From Octopus bimaculoides (Eukaryota): a stretch of DNA of 64,000 nucleotides. The notes below the pieces were generated by a model. The model saw only the letters and a list, made by a program, of their open reading frames with translations. It was not told where the DNA came from and made no database searches. Where the stretch lies: contig NC_068988.1 in assembly GCF_001194135.2 (NCBI RefSeq), forward strand, positions 29,551,168-29,615,167, written 5' to 3'. Position numbers and translations under genes: made by a program. Numbering within the stretch: the stretch's first letter is position 1; the number at the start of each line of letters is the position of its first letter. Shown here piece by piece: positions 53,099 to 64,000 of this stretch.

Positions 53099-53271
53099 AT
53101 GACATTAGAAAGAAACATTCTTCCAGAATACAATGCTAGTGAGGGGTCAGCCATGACAACTAAAACTGCTGTATTAGATGTCCCCAAAAAGGATGAACCT
53201 ATTAATAGCCGGAACAGTCCAAGTACTCTCAATGTACTTACCACCAGTACAGACTTGGAGTTTTCCAATAG
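53099..53271 (+). CDS. Probable first coding exon (5'-partial gene, product unknown): MTLERNILPEYNASEGSAMTTKTAVLDVPKKDEPINSRNSPSTLNVLTTSTDLEFSN + AG (phase-2 intron follows)
   Basis: Acceptor tttctcattttgttttgcag ends at 53080 and donor AATAG|gtaaat starts at 53272. An in-frame TAA (GTA CTC TAA) precedes the ATG at 53099. The frame is open for 57 codons with ordinary amino-acid composition inside AT-rich DNA, and the antisense frame is also open (track ORF 53086-53268). It is absent from the + track because the unspliced read stops at 58 aa. No domain recognised. Confidence 0.75.
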
Positions 53272-53424
53272 GTAAATTAATAATGCTTTTCTAATTTTGT
53301 CATTTTTACATGATTAATTTTCTGTAAAAAAAAAAAAAGAATTTTTTTTTGCTAATGGTGATGTTATTGTTTGTTGTTGTTGTTCCAACAGATTATTTCA
53401 CAATAGGTTGCGAGTTATATAAGG

Positions 53425-53640
53425 ATTTCATGTGGCCTAGTAGTAAGGATGATGCACTCTCAATCACAAGACCATGATTTCAATTCTCAGACTGGGTAAC
53501 GTGTTGCATTCTTGAACAAAACACCTCCTTTTACATTGCTTCAGTCTACTCAGCTGTAAACAGGTTCAGGCAATAGCTGGAAAGTTAACCCTGTGACAGA
53601 TATGCATCCTGTTCAAGGGAAGTGCTGTAATCTCAATTAC
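53425..53640 (+). mobile_element. Family D SINE in the intron after the coding exon
   Basis: atgtggcctagtagtaagg..gatttcaattctcagactggg..ttcttgaacaaaacacc. Confidence 0.75.
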
Positions 53641-55627
53641 TTGCATACCATAGAAATTGGTCTTATAAATCCTAGGGCTTGTGAAAAAAAAGCATATGAA
53701 TACTTTATCTAAGATTTTAACTATAAAGAAGGAAGAAGCAGAACTGTAGTTTTTTTATAAATTTCGTTAATTTGTAATTTTTTATGTAATTTTTAGGTGA
53801 ACAATGATTATAAATACTTCTAGTTCATAAATTATAGCCATATGATTCATGAAGATAGATATATATATTTATATAATTTATAAAGGTATATATCAATTTG
53901 AAAAGATATATATCCAATGCAGATTGATATCTGTTTTCTAAAACAGTCCCCTACTCACCATAAGTACTACACAATTTTTAACTAGAATTCCAGAAAATTT
54001 CATATTCTTCAACAGTTAACTGATGGTTTTGTACCACAAAATAAACTCAAACTCTGTGTGTGTGTGTGTGTGTGTGCGTGCGTGCGTGCGTGTGTGTGTG
54101 TGTGTGTGTGTGGAGTGTGTGTTATTCTCTTCTTGCTTTAATTTGACATGACAGTTGCAATGAAGAGTCACTGTCATGCAAGTGGCGTCCTTCACTTTCA
54201 GTCTTCCATAAAAATATGTCTGGTCACAGGGAAATATTACTTCACTTAGATTAAACCTGACAAAGAATATACATAGAATTCTTTGTATAATTTAAATGAT
54301 TTGAAAATGTAAAGAACCTTTAAAACTTATACATTTCAAAACTGAGATCACCAATACATACAATAAATACACAAAATTATTTACAAAATTATTTTATTGA
54401 ATATTTTAAAAATGATATATAAGAACATTTTATGGCTACCTTAAAGATCATCATTCTGGCCTTATAATCCCTGAAATTTCGATTGATTTGATTGACTGAA
54501 GACATCTTTTATCAAAATAGAAAAAGCAATGCTTATTCTGCACTTTTGGAGAATTTCAGGGAATATAGTGATGATGATTTGTAATTTTCTGTAGAACATT
54601 AGAGTAGAATGTTAGAATTCAGTTTAAATAGATTTTATATAAAAAAATTAGAACTGAGAGACATCAGGGAATATCATAAAAATTATACTTTTCTTCTAAA
54701 AATGATATCAGAGCTGTAACATTTATTGATTGCAGAATTAACTTGAAATATATGTCAATATTTTGAATTGATATGTTTGAAATTTTTATGGAATTGTTAT
54801 CACATTGAATACAAAGTGATTTTCTTTTTCAAAATATTACATTTGGGGAAATATTATATTTTCATTTATAAAAAAAATAAAATAATTGATTATCAAAAGC
54901 ACTATGTCCTAATGAAAACTACTGTTCTCTAAGATTAGAAAAATATATAAAGAGGGAAGATAAAGATGGCTGAACTGCTAAACTAAGGAATGATGATGCT
55001 AAACTATAGAGCAATTGGGCCTGTCAGTATGGTTGCAACTACTAAAGTAGATTCTGCTTGTTCAACTTAACAATTTATTGATCACCTGTTCCCCACATGA
55101 CATGACTGCTGAAAGTAATTGCAAATACTAAAATGTTCTTAGCCAATTGGCACACTATCCTATATTGAAAAACTAGCAATCAACTACTTTCATAGCAATC
55201 CTCTCCGTAGTGCTGGAGATGAATGTGACAATAATATAGTTTGATTAGAATAAAACTTTCCAGTTAAACTAATAAAAATGTCTAAAACAAATAAATCACA
55301 AGAAAATTGAGCCAGTAACTATGCATGTTATAAATAAATCTGTGTTATAAACCAATTTATTATAAGCAAAATGTTAGGTGGAGTTAGAAAATTCAGCTTT
55401 CTTTTCACACATTTATGCCCGTACACAACTATACAGAGCTTTATTCAAGTATACAACTGGCACAACTATATATTATCTTCTTCAACCATAATGCTAGAAA
55501 ATCTTTAACCGTGGAATTTTTATAGCTGAGACATAAAAAGCCATAGAGCTGATGTGGCAATATTATATTTCCTTTCTCCAACTTATTTAACTTTTGTGCA
55601 AGTGGATTTTCTTTTAATATAACTGAA

Positions 55628-56045
55628 GACATAGCTGTGTAGTTAAGAAGTTAGTTTCCTAATGACATGGTTTCAAGTTCAGTCCCACTTCATGATACCT
55701 TGGCAAGAGTCTTGTATTTTAGCCCGAGGTGGACCAAAGTCTTGTAAGTGGATTTGGTAGATAGAAACTGAATGGAACCCATTATATGTATATATCTATG
55801 TAAGTGTGTGTGTGTGTTTGTGTTTTCTTGTCTTGACATTGTGTGATAACTATAAACGATTATCATTACCATACAAACAGTGTCATTCATTTCCAATATT
55901 CTGTTTGTATCATGAGAAAATATTACCTCATTTGGAAACAATTGAGGGTTGGCCGGAGGAAAGGCATCCGACTGTAGAAAATTTGCCTCAGTAAACTTTG
56001 TTCGATCCATACAAGCATGGAAAAATGGTCATAAAAACCATGACT
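55628..56045 (+). mobile_element. Family B variant SINE: tRNA/CORE head + (TG)n + middle + family A motif and tail
   Basis: Head as family B; gagggttggccggaggaaaggcatccgactgtagaaa..gatccatacaagcatggaaaaatgg. Confidence 0.8.
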
Positions 56046-56527
56046 GTAACTGGAGATTATTGGAATTGTATAATCTGAATAATTATTTCAGTCCACTGAA
56101 GCCCTGAAATTCTAACTTTAATATAACTAAATTCTCAAATGGATTTAAATCCAAATAATAGCATTCAAGTGTACTATTGAGAACTTATAAATGTAATTTA
56201 TATGGATTTATTGTATAATTTGTCCAAGAATTGCAGAAGAAGCTTAAATTGTCAAGAAAGGGTTTGATATAACTGAAGATAGAAATAGTTCTGATTAATT
56301 TAACAATTAGCCGTAAGGATGTTCATAGCAGAACAGTATGAAGAAAGCAGCTGACGTTAGATACATAGCAATTAAGTATATATGAACTTGATACTGCATG
56401 AAGAATGTAATTAATGAACATAGCGGAAGTGTAGAAAAGTCATTAAAATGAAATGAATTGATGCAAATGATAATGAATAATAATGCTAATGGATAATAAT
56501 AATCATAATAATAATAATAATAATAAT

Positions 56528-56934
56528 AATCCTTTCTAATGAAGGCACAAGGCCTGAAATTTGGTGGAAGGAGACTAGTTAATTACATCAACCACCCCAA
56601 TGCGTAACTGGTACTTATTTTGTCGACCCTGAAAAGATGAAAGGCAAAGTCAACCTCAGCAGAATTTGAACTCAGAATGTAGTGACAGGCGAAATACTGC
56701 TAAACATTTCGTCCAGCGTGTTAATGATTCTGCCAGCTCGCTGCCTTAATGATAATAATAATGATAATAATAGTAATAATCCTTTCTACTATAGGCACAA
56801 GGCCTGAAATTTTGGGGGAGGGGTTAAATCGATTATATCAACCCCAGTTCTTCACTAGTATTTAATTTATCGACCCCGAAAAGATGAAAGGCAAAATTAA
56901 TCTCAGTGGAATTTGAACTCAAAGCACAAAGACT

Positions 56935-56984
<50 letters not shown>

Positions 56985-57075
56985 CTTTTCTAGTCTAGAC
57001 ACAAGGCTCGAAATTTTGAGGGACCATTCGATTGGAACGACCCCCGTACGCAACTGGTACTTAATTTATCGACCC
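56528..57075 (-). mobile_element. Three head-to-tail family C SINEs (about 56528-56747, 56778-56935, 56985-57075+)
   Basis: Each starts on + with (AAT)n cctttcta..ggcacaaggc..gaaattt and contains ctggtactta.ttt.tcgaccc. Confidence 0.85.
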
Positions 57076-57329
57076 NNNNNNNNNNNNNNNNNNNNNNNNN
57101 NNNNNNNNNNNNNNNNNNNNNNNNNNNNNNNNNNNNNNNNNNNNNNNNNNNNNNNNNNNNNNNNNNNNNNNNNNNNNNNNNNNNNNNNNNNNNNNNNNNN
57201 NNNNNNNNNNNNNNNNNNNNNNNNNNNNNNNNNNNNNNNNNNNNNNNNNNNNNNNNNNNNNNNNNNNNNNNNNNNNNNNNNNNNNNNNNNNNNNNNNNNN
57301 NNNNNNNNNNNNNNNNNNNNNNNNNNNNN

Positions 57330-57506
<177 letters not shown>

Positions 57507-58134
57507 TCAGAATCTGGTTTCCTTTCCATACAATATATTATTGCTGATTATTAGTAAAACATCCAACTAGCTGCTAGCTGAAGTCTCTGGCTGAGATTTG
57601 GAACAGCTTGTATAAAACAAAGCAACATCAATAGAAATAGCGATGATGATCATGATGATGATGATGGTGATGGTGGTGAAGATGATGATGATGTTGATGT
57701 TAATTTAATTATTACCTGGAATTCTTTCAAAAAAATAGTGCACTGTCAAGAAATTGTCGTATTTGGAAGATATATAAAAGAATTTCCAGAACTGTTAACA
57801 ATCTATAAATGCCAAGTTATATGGTATTATACAGAAACAATGAACTTAAAATATCTTTTGCCAACAAGATAATATCTACTTGGTTGTTTAATCAGTTAAA
57901 TTCTCCTCAAATTAAACTCTACCATCTTGAAAAGAAAAGGGTACATTAGACAATGCAGTCCTAGATATATAATGCCTGAATGTAAAATGAAATGGTCATG
58001 GTCAGAATATCTTTAACGATAAGTCTGCTTATTCAAGGTTGAATTGGATCTTAACAACTACATACAATATTTATTATTTGGAATGATCTCAGGATAAATC
58101 ATTGGTTGTGTAATGAATGCATAGTGGTAGCTTT

Positions 58135-58305
58135 TCTCCTGTTTTTTTTTTTATGTTTTGAGTTTAAATTCTGTTGGGATCAACTTTGTCTTTCATCTAT
58201 TTGGGGTTAATAAAAATAAGTACCGATTGAACACTGGAGTTGATATAATCAATTTGCTCAAGCCCCTCAAAATTGCTGGCCTTGTGCCAAATTTAGAAAG
58301 AATTA
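58135..58305 (+). mobile_element. Family C SINE, 5'-truncated
   Basis: gagtttaaattctg..tttcatctatttggggttaataaaataagtacc..ggccttgtgccaaatttagaaag. Confidence 0.7.
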
Positions 58306-58538
58306 TCTTTTTTTTAAATGTGATACAAATGAAATGAAAAATGATGGTATTTTAAGCATTGTTCATTAAATAATGGTGTTAAATCTGCTTTGGTTTTCAA
58401 CTATACCCTGATTAGATGATGTTTGTTGGATCTCTGATGTGAATAGATAAAAAAAAACAATAACAAAAAGATGAATGGTATCAAATATTATACTTACAAA
58501 CTGAAATTTTTACAAGAGAAAAAGAGTGGGGAGCAAGA

Positions 58539-58655
58539 GAGAGAGAGAGAGACAGACAGATAGAGACAGAGAAAGACAGACAGAGACAGAGAAAGACAGA
58601 CAGAGACAGAAAAAGACAGACAGAGACAGAAAAAGACAGACAGAGACAGAGAGAG
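58539..58655. repeat. GA/GACA minisatellite, about 20-bp unit
   Basis: gacagacagagacaga(g/a)aaa repeated. Confidence 0.9.
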
Positions 58656-59069
58656 CATAACTATTATACTGCCCAACTTGCTGAAGCAAAAAAGACATAA
58701 AATCTGAAAATAGCACAGTTAAAATATGATTGACACACCTTATGTCCCTGCCTTAAATTGTGACTGACACACCTTAATTTTTTACTTTGATAATATAATA
58801 AAAGCATATTGATAATTTCCCATTTCCATTAAAATTCATTTCAGTTTGACCCATTAAACAGTTGCCCAGCCTTGAGAGCATGTACAGATATTCTTCTACA
58901 CAACATCTGCAGGAAAAAGTCCAATTGATACTTTTCTCTGTATCACATGACTCTGAATTTAAGCATAACATATCTGGGCCAACAGACAATAATCATTATA
59001 TTGATTTTAAAAAGAAAAAGTCTTTATCGTCTTTATTCATTTATACTCAGTGTTTATTATTTTGTTGTT

Positions 59070-59265
59070 ATTTTTCTTTTTACCCTCTTGTTTCCATTGT
59101 GACTTGGGCCACTGATAATCGTTCTCCACTTTTTCCTGCAGTTCATCTAAGGTGTATCTTGCCTCCTAGGCATCCACCTACAGGGCACAATGCCAAGTAA
59201 TTCTTGGTCAGACTCTTCCCCATTTTCCTTAAAGATTCCATGTAAGGACCAGTTCGGTAATGCTA
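59070..59265 (-). mobile_element. RTE-type LINE C-terminal relic (different subfamily)
   Basis: Minus translation LVLTWNL*GKWGRV*PRITW resembles ALTWNPQGKRKRGRPRITW. A fainter SES..RC.RRI piece lies at 58850-58990. Confidence 0.45.
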
Positions 59266-59996
59266 GTTACAAGTATTTAAATAAAGGTTATTTTCAAGAT
59301 TCACTCAATAGATTAGATTTTCTCTCTCTCTCCCCCTCTCTCTCCCTCTCTCATTTACTTTTCAAATAAGATATTTAGTTTATGACATTTTCCTTTTGTG
59401 CATTACTTATTTCATAACACCTCAATAAAGAAAACTAGTTATTTTGCCTTCTTGCTTTGCTATTGTTAAACAGGAATATACTTCAGAATTGCTACTGTTT
59501 AATATATCTCTAATGTTATCTCTGCTATAGTTTATCTATAACTAGCACAAATAGTAAAATAGTTTGTTTTCCTTTTGTTCTTTTGTTTTCGTTAGACTCC
59601 TTCATTGATTATGTACGAGTATTTTAAGTACTTTTCATTAATATTTTATTTGTGTCTTATGTCACGTGAGTGCTTACACTTAAGTGTGTGTGTATGTACT
59701 TAATATATATAAATACATAGGTGTGTGTGTAGTGTATACATTCATAAATATTTCTGTTAAGAGCTGCTGTGTTATAAGGGCACAAACTCTCATAAATACA
59801 AATGAAGTCTTAATTATATAGCAAAACTTTTCGTATATTTATTTGTTTCAGATATATATATATAACACTCCTGTCTTACTTTTGCCTACTGATTTTGTCA
59901 GTGTTTTTCTGTTCCTTCAATTTAAATCAAAAGATCATTGTATTTGTTAGTTCCCCAAATCAAATAAAAGCCTCAGCTCTCAAAAAAATAAATAAA

Positions 59997-60158
59997 GGTG
60001 CAGGAGTGGCTGTGTAGTAAGTAGCTTGCTTACCAGCCATATGGCTTTGGGTTCAGTCCCACTGCATGGGCACCTTGGGCAAATGTCTTCTACTATAGCC
60101 TCGGGCCGACCAAAGCCTTGTGAGTGGACTTGGTAGACAGAAACTGAAAGAAGCCTGT

Positions 60159-60160
<2 letters not shown>
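59997..60160 (+). mobile_element. Family B SINE head (young), rest in gap
   Basis: Close match to 24777-24940. Confidence 0.85.
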
Positions 60161-60198
<38 letters not shown>

Positions 60199-60973
60199 NN
60201 NNNNNNNNNNNNNNNNNNNNNNNNNNNNNNNNNNNNNNNNNNNNNNNNNNNNNNNNNNNNNNNNNNNNNNNNNNNNNNNNNNNNNNNNNNNNNNNNNNNN
60301 NNNNNNNNNNNNNNNNNNNNNNNNNNNNNNNNNNNNNNNNNNNNNNNNNNNNNNNNNNNNNNNNNNNNNNNNNNNNNNNNNNNNNNNNNNNNNNNNNNNN
60401 NNNNNNNNNNNNNNNNNNNNNNNNNNNNNNNNNNNNNNNNNNNNNNNNNNNNNNNNNNNNNNNNNNNNNNNNNNNNNNNNNNNNNNNNNNNNNNNNNNNN
60501 NNNNNNNNNNNNNNNNNNNNNNNNNNNNNNNNNNNNNNNNNNNNNNNNNNNNNNNNNNNNNNNNNNNNNNNNNNNNNNNNNNNNNNNNNNNNNNNNNNNN
60601 NNNNNNNNNNNNNNNNNNNNNNNNNNNNNNNNNNNNNNNNNNNNNNNNNNNNNNNNNNNNNNNNNNNNNNNNNNNNNNNNNNNNNNNNNNNNNNNNNNNN
60701 NNNNNNNNNNNNNNNNNNNNNNNNNNNNNNNNNNNNNNNNNNNNNNNNNNNNNNNNNNNNNNNNNNNNNNNNNNNNNNNNNNNNNNNNNNNNNNNNNNNN
60801 NNNNNNNNNNNNNNNNNNNNNNNNNNNNNNNNNNNNNNNNNNNNNNNNNNNNNNNNNNNNNNNNNNNNNNNNNNNNNNNNNNNNNNNNNNNNNNNNNNNN
60901 NNNNNNNNNNNNNNNNNNNNNNNNNNNNNNNNNNNNNNNNNNNNNNNNNNNNNNNNNNNNNNNNNNNNNNNNN

Positions 60974-61014
<41 letters not shown>

Positions 61015-61387
61015 GAAAAGCTGTCTCAAGTTGTGTGGGATAGTTCTTAAGAACTAGTGCTTATCATATGTTTGATCTTGATTAAGATGCTAATCTATCA
61101 CAACTAGATTTTCCTGACTGAAGATAGTCGAGTGAAGTGTACAGCGCAAATATAAAAGAAATATATGCAATACCTGCAGAGAATGTCATGTCTAAACCCA
61201 AGAATTGTCAGACTCTAACCACTTAGACATTTTCACTTTCACAAGAAGCTGTTGGTTCAATTCAAACATTTCTACTTTCTTTCAAGCAAGAAAAAACTTC
61301 ACTTAATGAATCTGAAAAATATCTTTTCTAATAAAGAGTCCCCAAAATTTGGGGCATTAGATGTATTATTAATAGTATTTATAATAA

Positions 61388-61580
61388 TGGCTTCAAATTT
61401 TGGTGTAAGGCCATCAGTTTTTGAGGGGAGGGGAGAAATCAGTAATATAGACCTCCAGTACTTGACCGGTATTTATTTTATTGACCTTGTAAAGATGAAA
61501 GGCAGAGTTGACCTCAGTGAAATTTGAACTCAGGGCATAAAGGCACATGAAAGGCTGCTAAGCATTTTGTCCGGCATGCT
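61388..61580 (-). mobile_element. Family C SINE
   Basis: gtaaggccatcagttttt..accggtattt..gatgaaaggcagagttgacctcagtgaaatttgaactcag. Confidence 0.8.
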
Positions 61581-61665
61581 CAGGAATAATATTCATAATA
61601 ATAGTCTGTTTGCCATGAGATGTGTTTCAGTGTTACACTTTTAAGAACCTTCACTATAGAATGAA

Positions 61666-61667
<2 letters not shown>

Positions 61668-61697
<30 letters not shown>

Positions 61698-62230
61698 TTA
61701 ATGTCCATGTTCTTTGCTGACGTGGGTTGGACGGTTTAACAGGATCTGATAGGCCCAAGGACTGCATCCTGCTCCAGTGTCTGCTTTGATGCCCTTCCTA
61801 ATGCCAACCACTTTATAGATTGTACTGGATGCTTTTCTCATGCCACTGGCATTAATGAGGTCACCATGCAGCTTGCATGACTATGAAACCTAAGGAAGGG
61901 TGGCAGATTTATGCTAAGAGATGGGGTTGGGAAGTTAAGATTTGAGAAATAGATGGGGGAAGAGCAGGTTCTTGTGGAGGAGTTACATGACTACTCACAT
62001 TTAGGAGAGAGAATGAAAATGAATTGGTGGTAGTGATGAAATGTCCCGGTGGCCCCTCGAGGTACAAGATGAATAGAAGTGAGTGGTAACAGGGAAGCTA
62101 GGAGTGTGGACGGGTGAGGGATTTACAAAAAGTGTATAGGGAGATGTGCAAGAGGTAGGGAAGATTGAAAAGAAGAAGTAGGCAACAATGATGGATTACA
62201 AGGTGTGGGAGGGAAATCTTCAATATTGAA
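61668..62230 (-). mobile_element. Family A element with long purine-rich (+ strand) extension
   Basis: (CAT)n..gatgcccttcctaatgccaaccactttata.., then a G/A-rich tract like the reverse complement of 52200-52320. Confidence 0.7.
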
Positions 62231-62279
62231 ATAAGTTTGAGCGTTACGCTTTAAACAAGCTTAAACATGGAATGGAATT

Positions 62280-62465
62280 GAAGATATAATCAAAATCTTT
62301 AACACAATGAGACAAGTTTGTGTGTTGTACTTCCTGTCAACCTTAACTAGAGAATGAAATCGGAGACATAATCCAAATCTTCAACATATTGAAACAATGA
62401 TCTATAAATTTATATTGCCAGACAGAAATAAGAACACTTACAAGACATGGAATTTTCAATGATCT
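62280..62465 (+). mobile_element. CR1/L2-like LINE C-terminal relic
   Basis: GDIIQIFNILK (cf. RGDMIQTFKIL) preceded by LP..L and followed by a TRG/H-like piece. Confidence 0.3.
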
Positions 62466-63239
62466 TGCTAACTACTACTACTACTACTTGTAGTACTGCT
62501 ACTTAAAAGAATTGTGGATTGGCAGCCTATATATATATATATATTATTATAGTTCATATATGTAGTATATTCTGCTTAAATTCTCAAGAATGTTTGAAAT
62601 GAAAATCACATGAAATCTTCTGTCCCAAGATATATTTGCTTATATTTGAATAAACAACTTCCTAATTGTGATAGTCTGGATTAAAAAAAAAAAATTTGCC
62701 TGCTATTTTTAAAGGTGGTAGCGAGTCATTTGAGGATGATTGCATGCTATCTTTAGCAGGGTTAGTGACCACAAAGAGGATCTCTTGTTAGTTATGGCTT
62801 AGTGACAGTTTAACAAGGAGGAAGTGAATAATGTATTCATGTACTAAGGAGGATGTGTATTACGACACAGAAAATATTTAATCTAAGATTAGACTATCTA
62901 TAAATATGAGTATAGAAATATGACAACAGGAGTAATGAATATAGCCACTATACATAATCATATGCTATTTGCAGGCACACAGACACACACATACACACAG
63001 TTAAAAGCAAACACATACGTACTCATGTTTGCAAACATGTATATGCTCACATACACAAATACCTTTTATACAAAATAAATTTGTACACATATACGTGCAA
63101 CAAAAGTTTATAAAAACACCGACTTACATAGGCCAATAGGTCAGTGTTGACACATGGAGTATAAGAATTAGAGAAATATTTATTAATTAAAATGAACACC
63201 TGTGGTAAGGGGAATGAATCATTAGCTTATTGGTCAGTC

Positions 63240-63468
63240 TATTTCTTTATTGCCCACAAGGTGCTAAACATAGAGGGGACAAGCAAGGACAGACAAAGGG
63301 ATTAAGTCGATTACATCGCCCCCCAGTGCATAACTGGTACTTATTTAATCGACCCCGAAAGGATGAAAGGCAAAGTCAACCTCAGCGGAATTTGAACTCA
63401 GAACGTAGTGGCAGATGAAATACCGCTAAGCATTTCGCCCGGTGTGCTAACGATTCTGCCAGCTCACA
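63240..63468 (-). mobile_element. Family C SINE (young, alternative 3' tail)
   Basis: Intact CpGs; atcgaccccgaaaggatgaaaggcaaagtcaacc..ctaacgattctgccagctc; tail differs (gggcaataaagaaata on minus). Confidence 0.9.
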
Positions 63469-64000
63469 GCTCTTGTCAATCATATCAAAAAATACAAGAG
63501 AGACATCCCTGAAATTTTAATTAAAATTAATTTTTAAAAATCTAATGTGAGTAATTGAGTTTGATCTAGGTAACATGGTGACAACTCCAGACACATTTTA
63601 GTCTTATTAACCATTTCAGTAAAGCATAAAGCATAATTTTTACTGTACTAAAAGACAAAAATGAGTTGAAAGATATATAAGTTTATAAGTGAATTAACAC
63701 TGAGTGGAGTGATAATTTGAAAGTAAAGACTTTGAGAAAAATACTCAAGTTTCCCCCACTCTGCATGAAAACTGAATGGTACTTAATGAACAAAACATTT
63801 TGATAAATTAAAATTACATTAATAGTCATGTAAACACATAGGATAACTAAAGATTTGAAAACAATTATAGAATTATATGTAGTTGAGAAAGATGATGGTT
63901 ATGGCTTGAATGTCTTTGGGAATATGGCTCATGTAGAACTTTCCCAAAAGCCCCAGAGTGCTAGGTTCAGTCTGTTATCGAGGTTGACTACAGTAGGATT

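Overview
AT-rich eukaryotic genomic DNA with 8 N-gaps. It is dominated by microsatellites and short interspersed retroelements whose families look like those of octopus (Cephalopoda); that assignment is recognition from memory, not a database match. Only one convincing protein-coding segment is visible: a + strand exon at 53081-53271 with strong splice sites. It carries a probable start codon (53099) and encodes an unidentified 57-aa N-terminus whose next exon is not visible before 64000. Weaker candidates for upstream non-coding exons or splice signals lie at about 20898, 27188 and 38448-38504. Everything else recognisable is transposon-derived: (i) decayed RTE-clade LINE fragments, one with an RT core including YADD at 17410-18345 (-); (ii) family A, (GAT)n-tailed elements that are the 3' UTR of that RTE LINE; (iii) three tRNA-headed SINE families (B, C, D) and an unclassified dispersed repeat (E); (iv) faint relics of an R4/R2-like LINE, a CR1, a Gypsy and a pogo-like MITE. 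Almost all ORFs in the supplied track are microsatellite or N-gap artefacts. No prokaryote-type system, CRISPR array, rRNA or true tRNA gene was found. I did not find a demonstrably new biological system. The most interesting structure is a 102-bp-arm fold-back at 30946-31160 rich in G-U and A-C pairs. Family letters A-E are my own labels, and repeat boundaries are approximate (about +/-10-20 bp).
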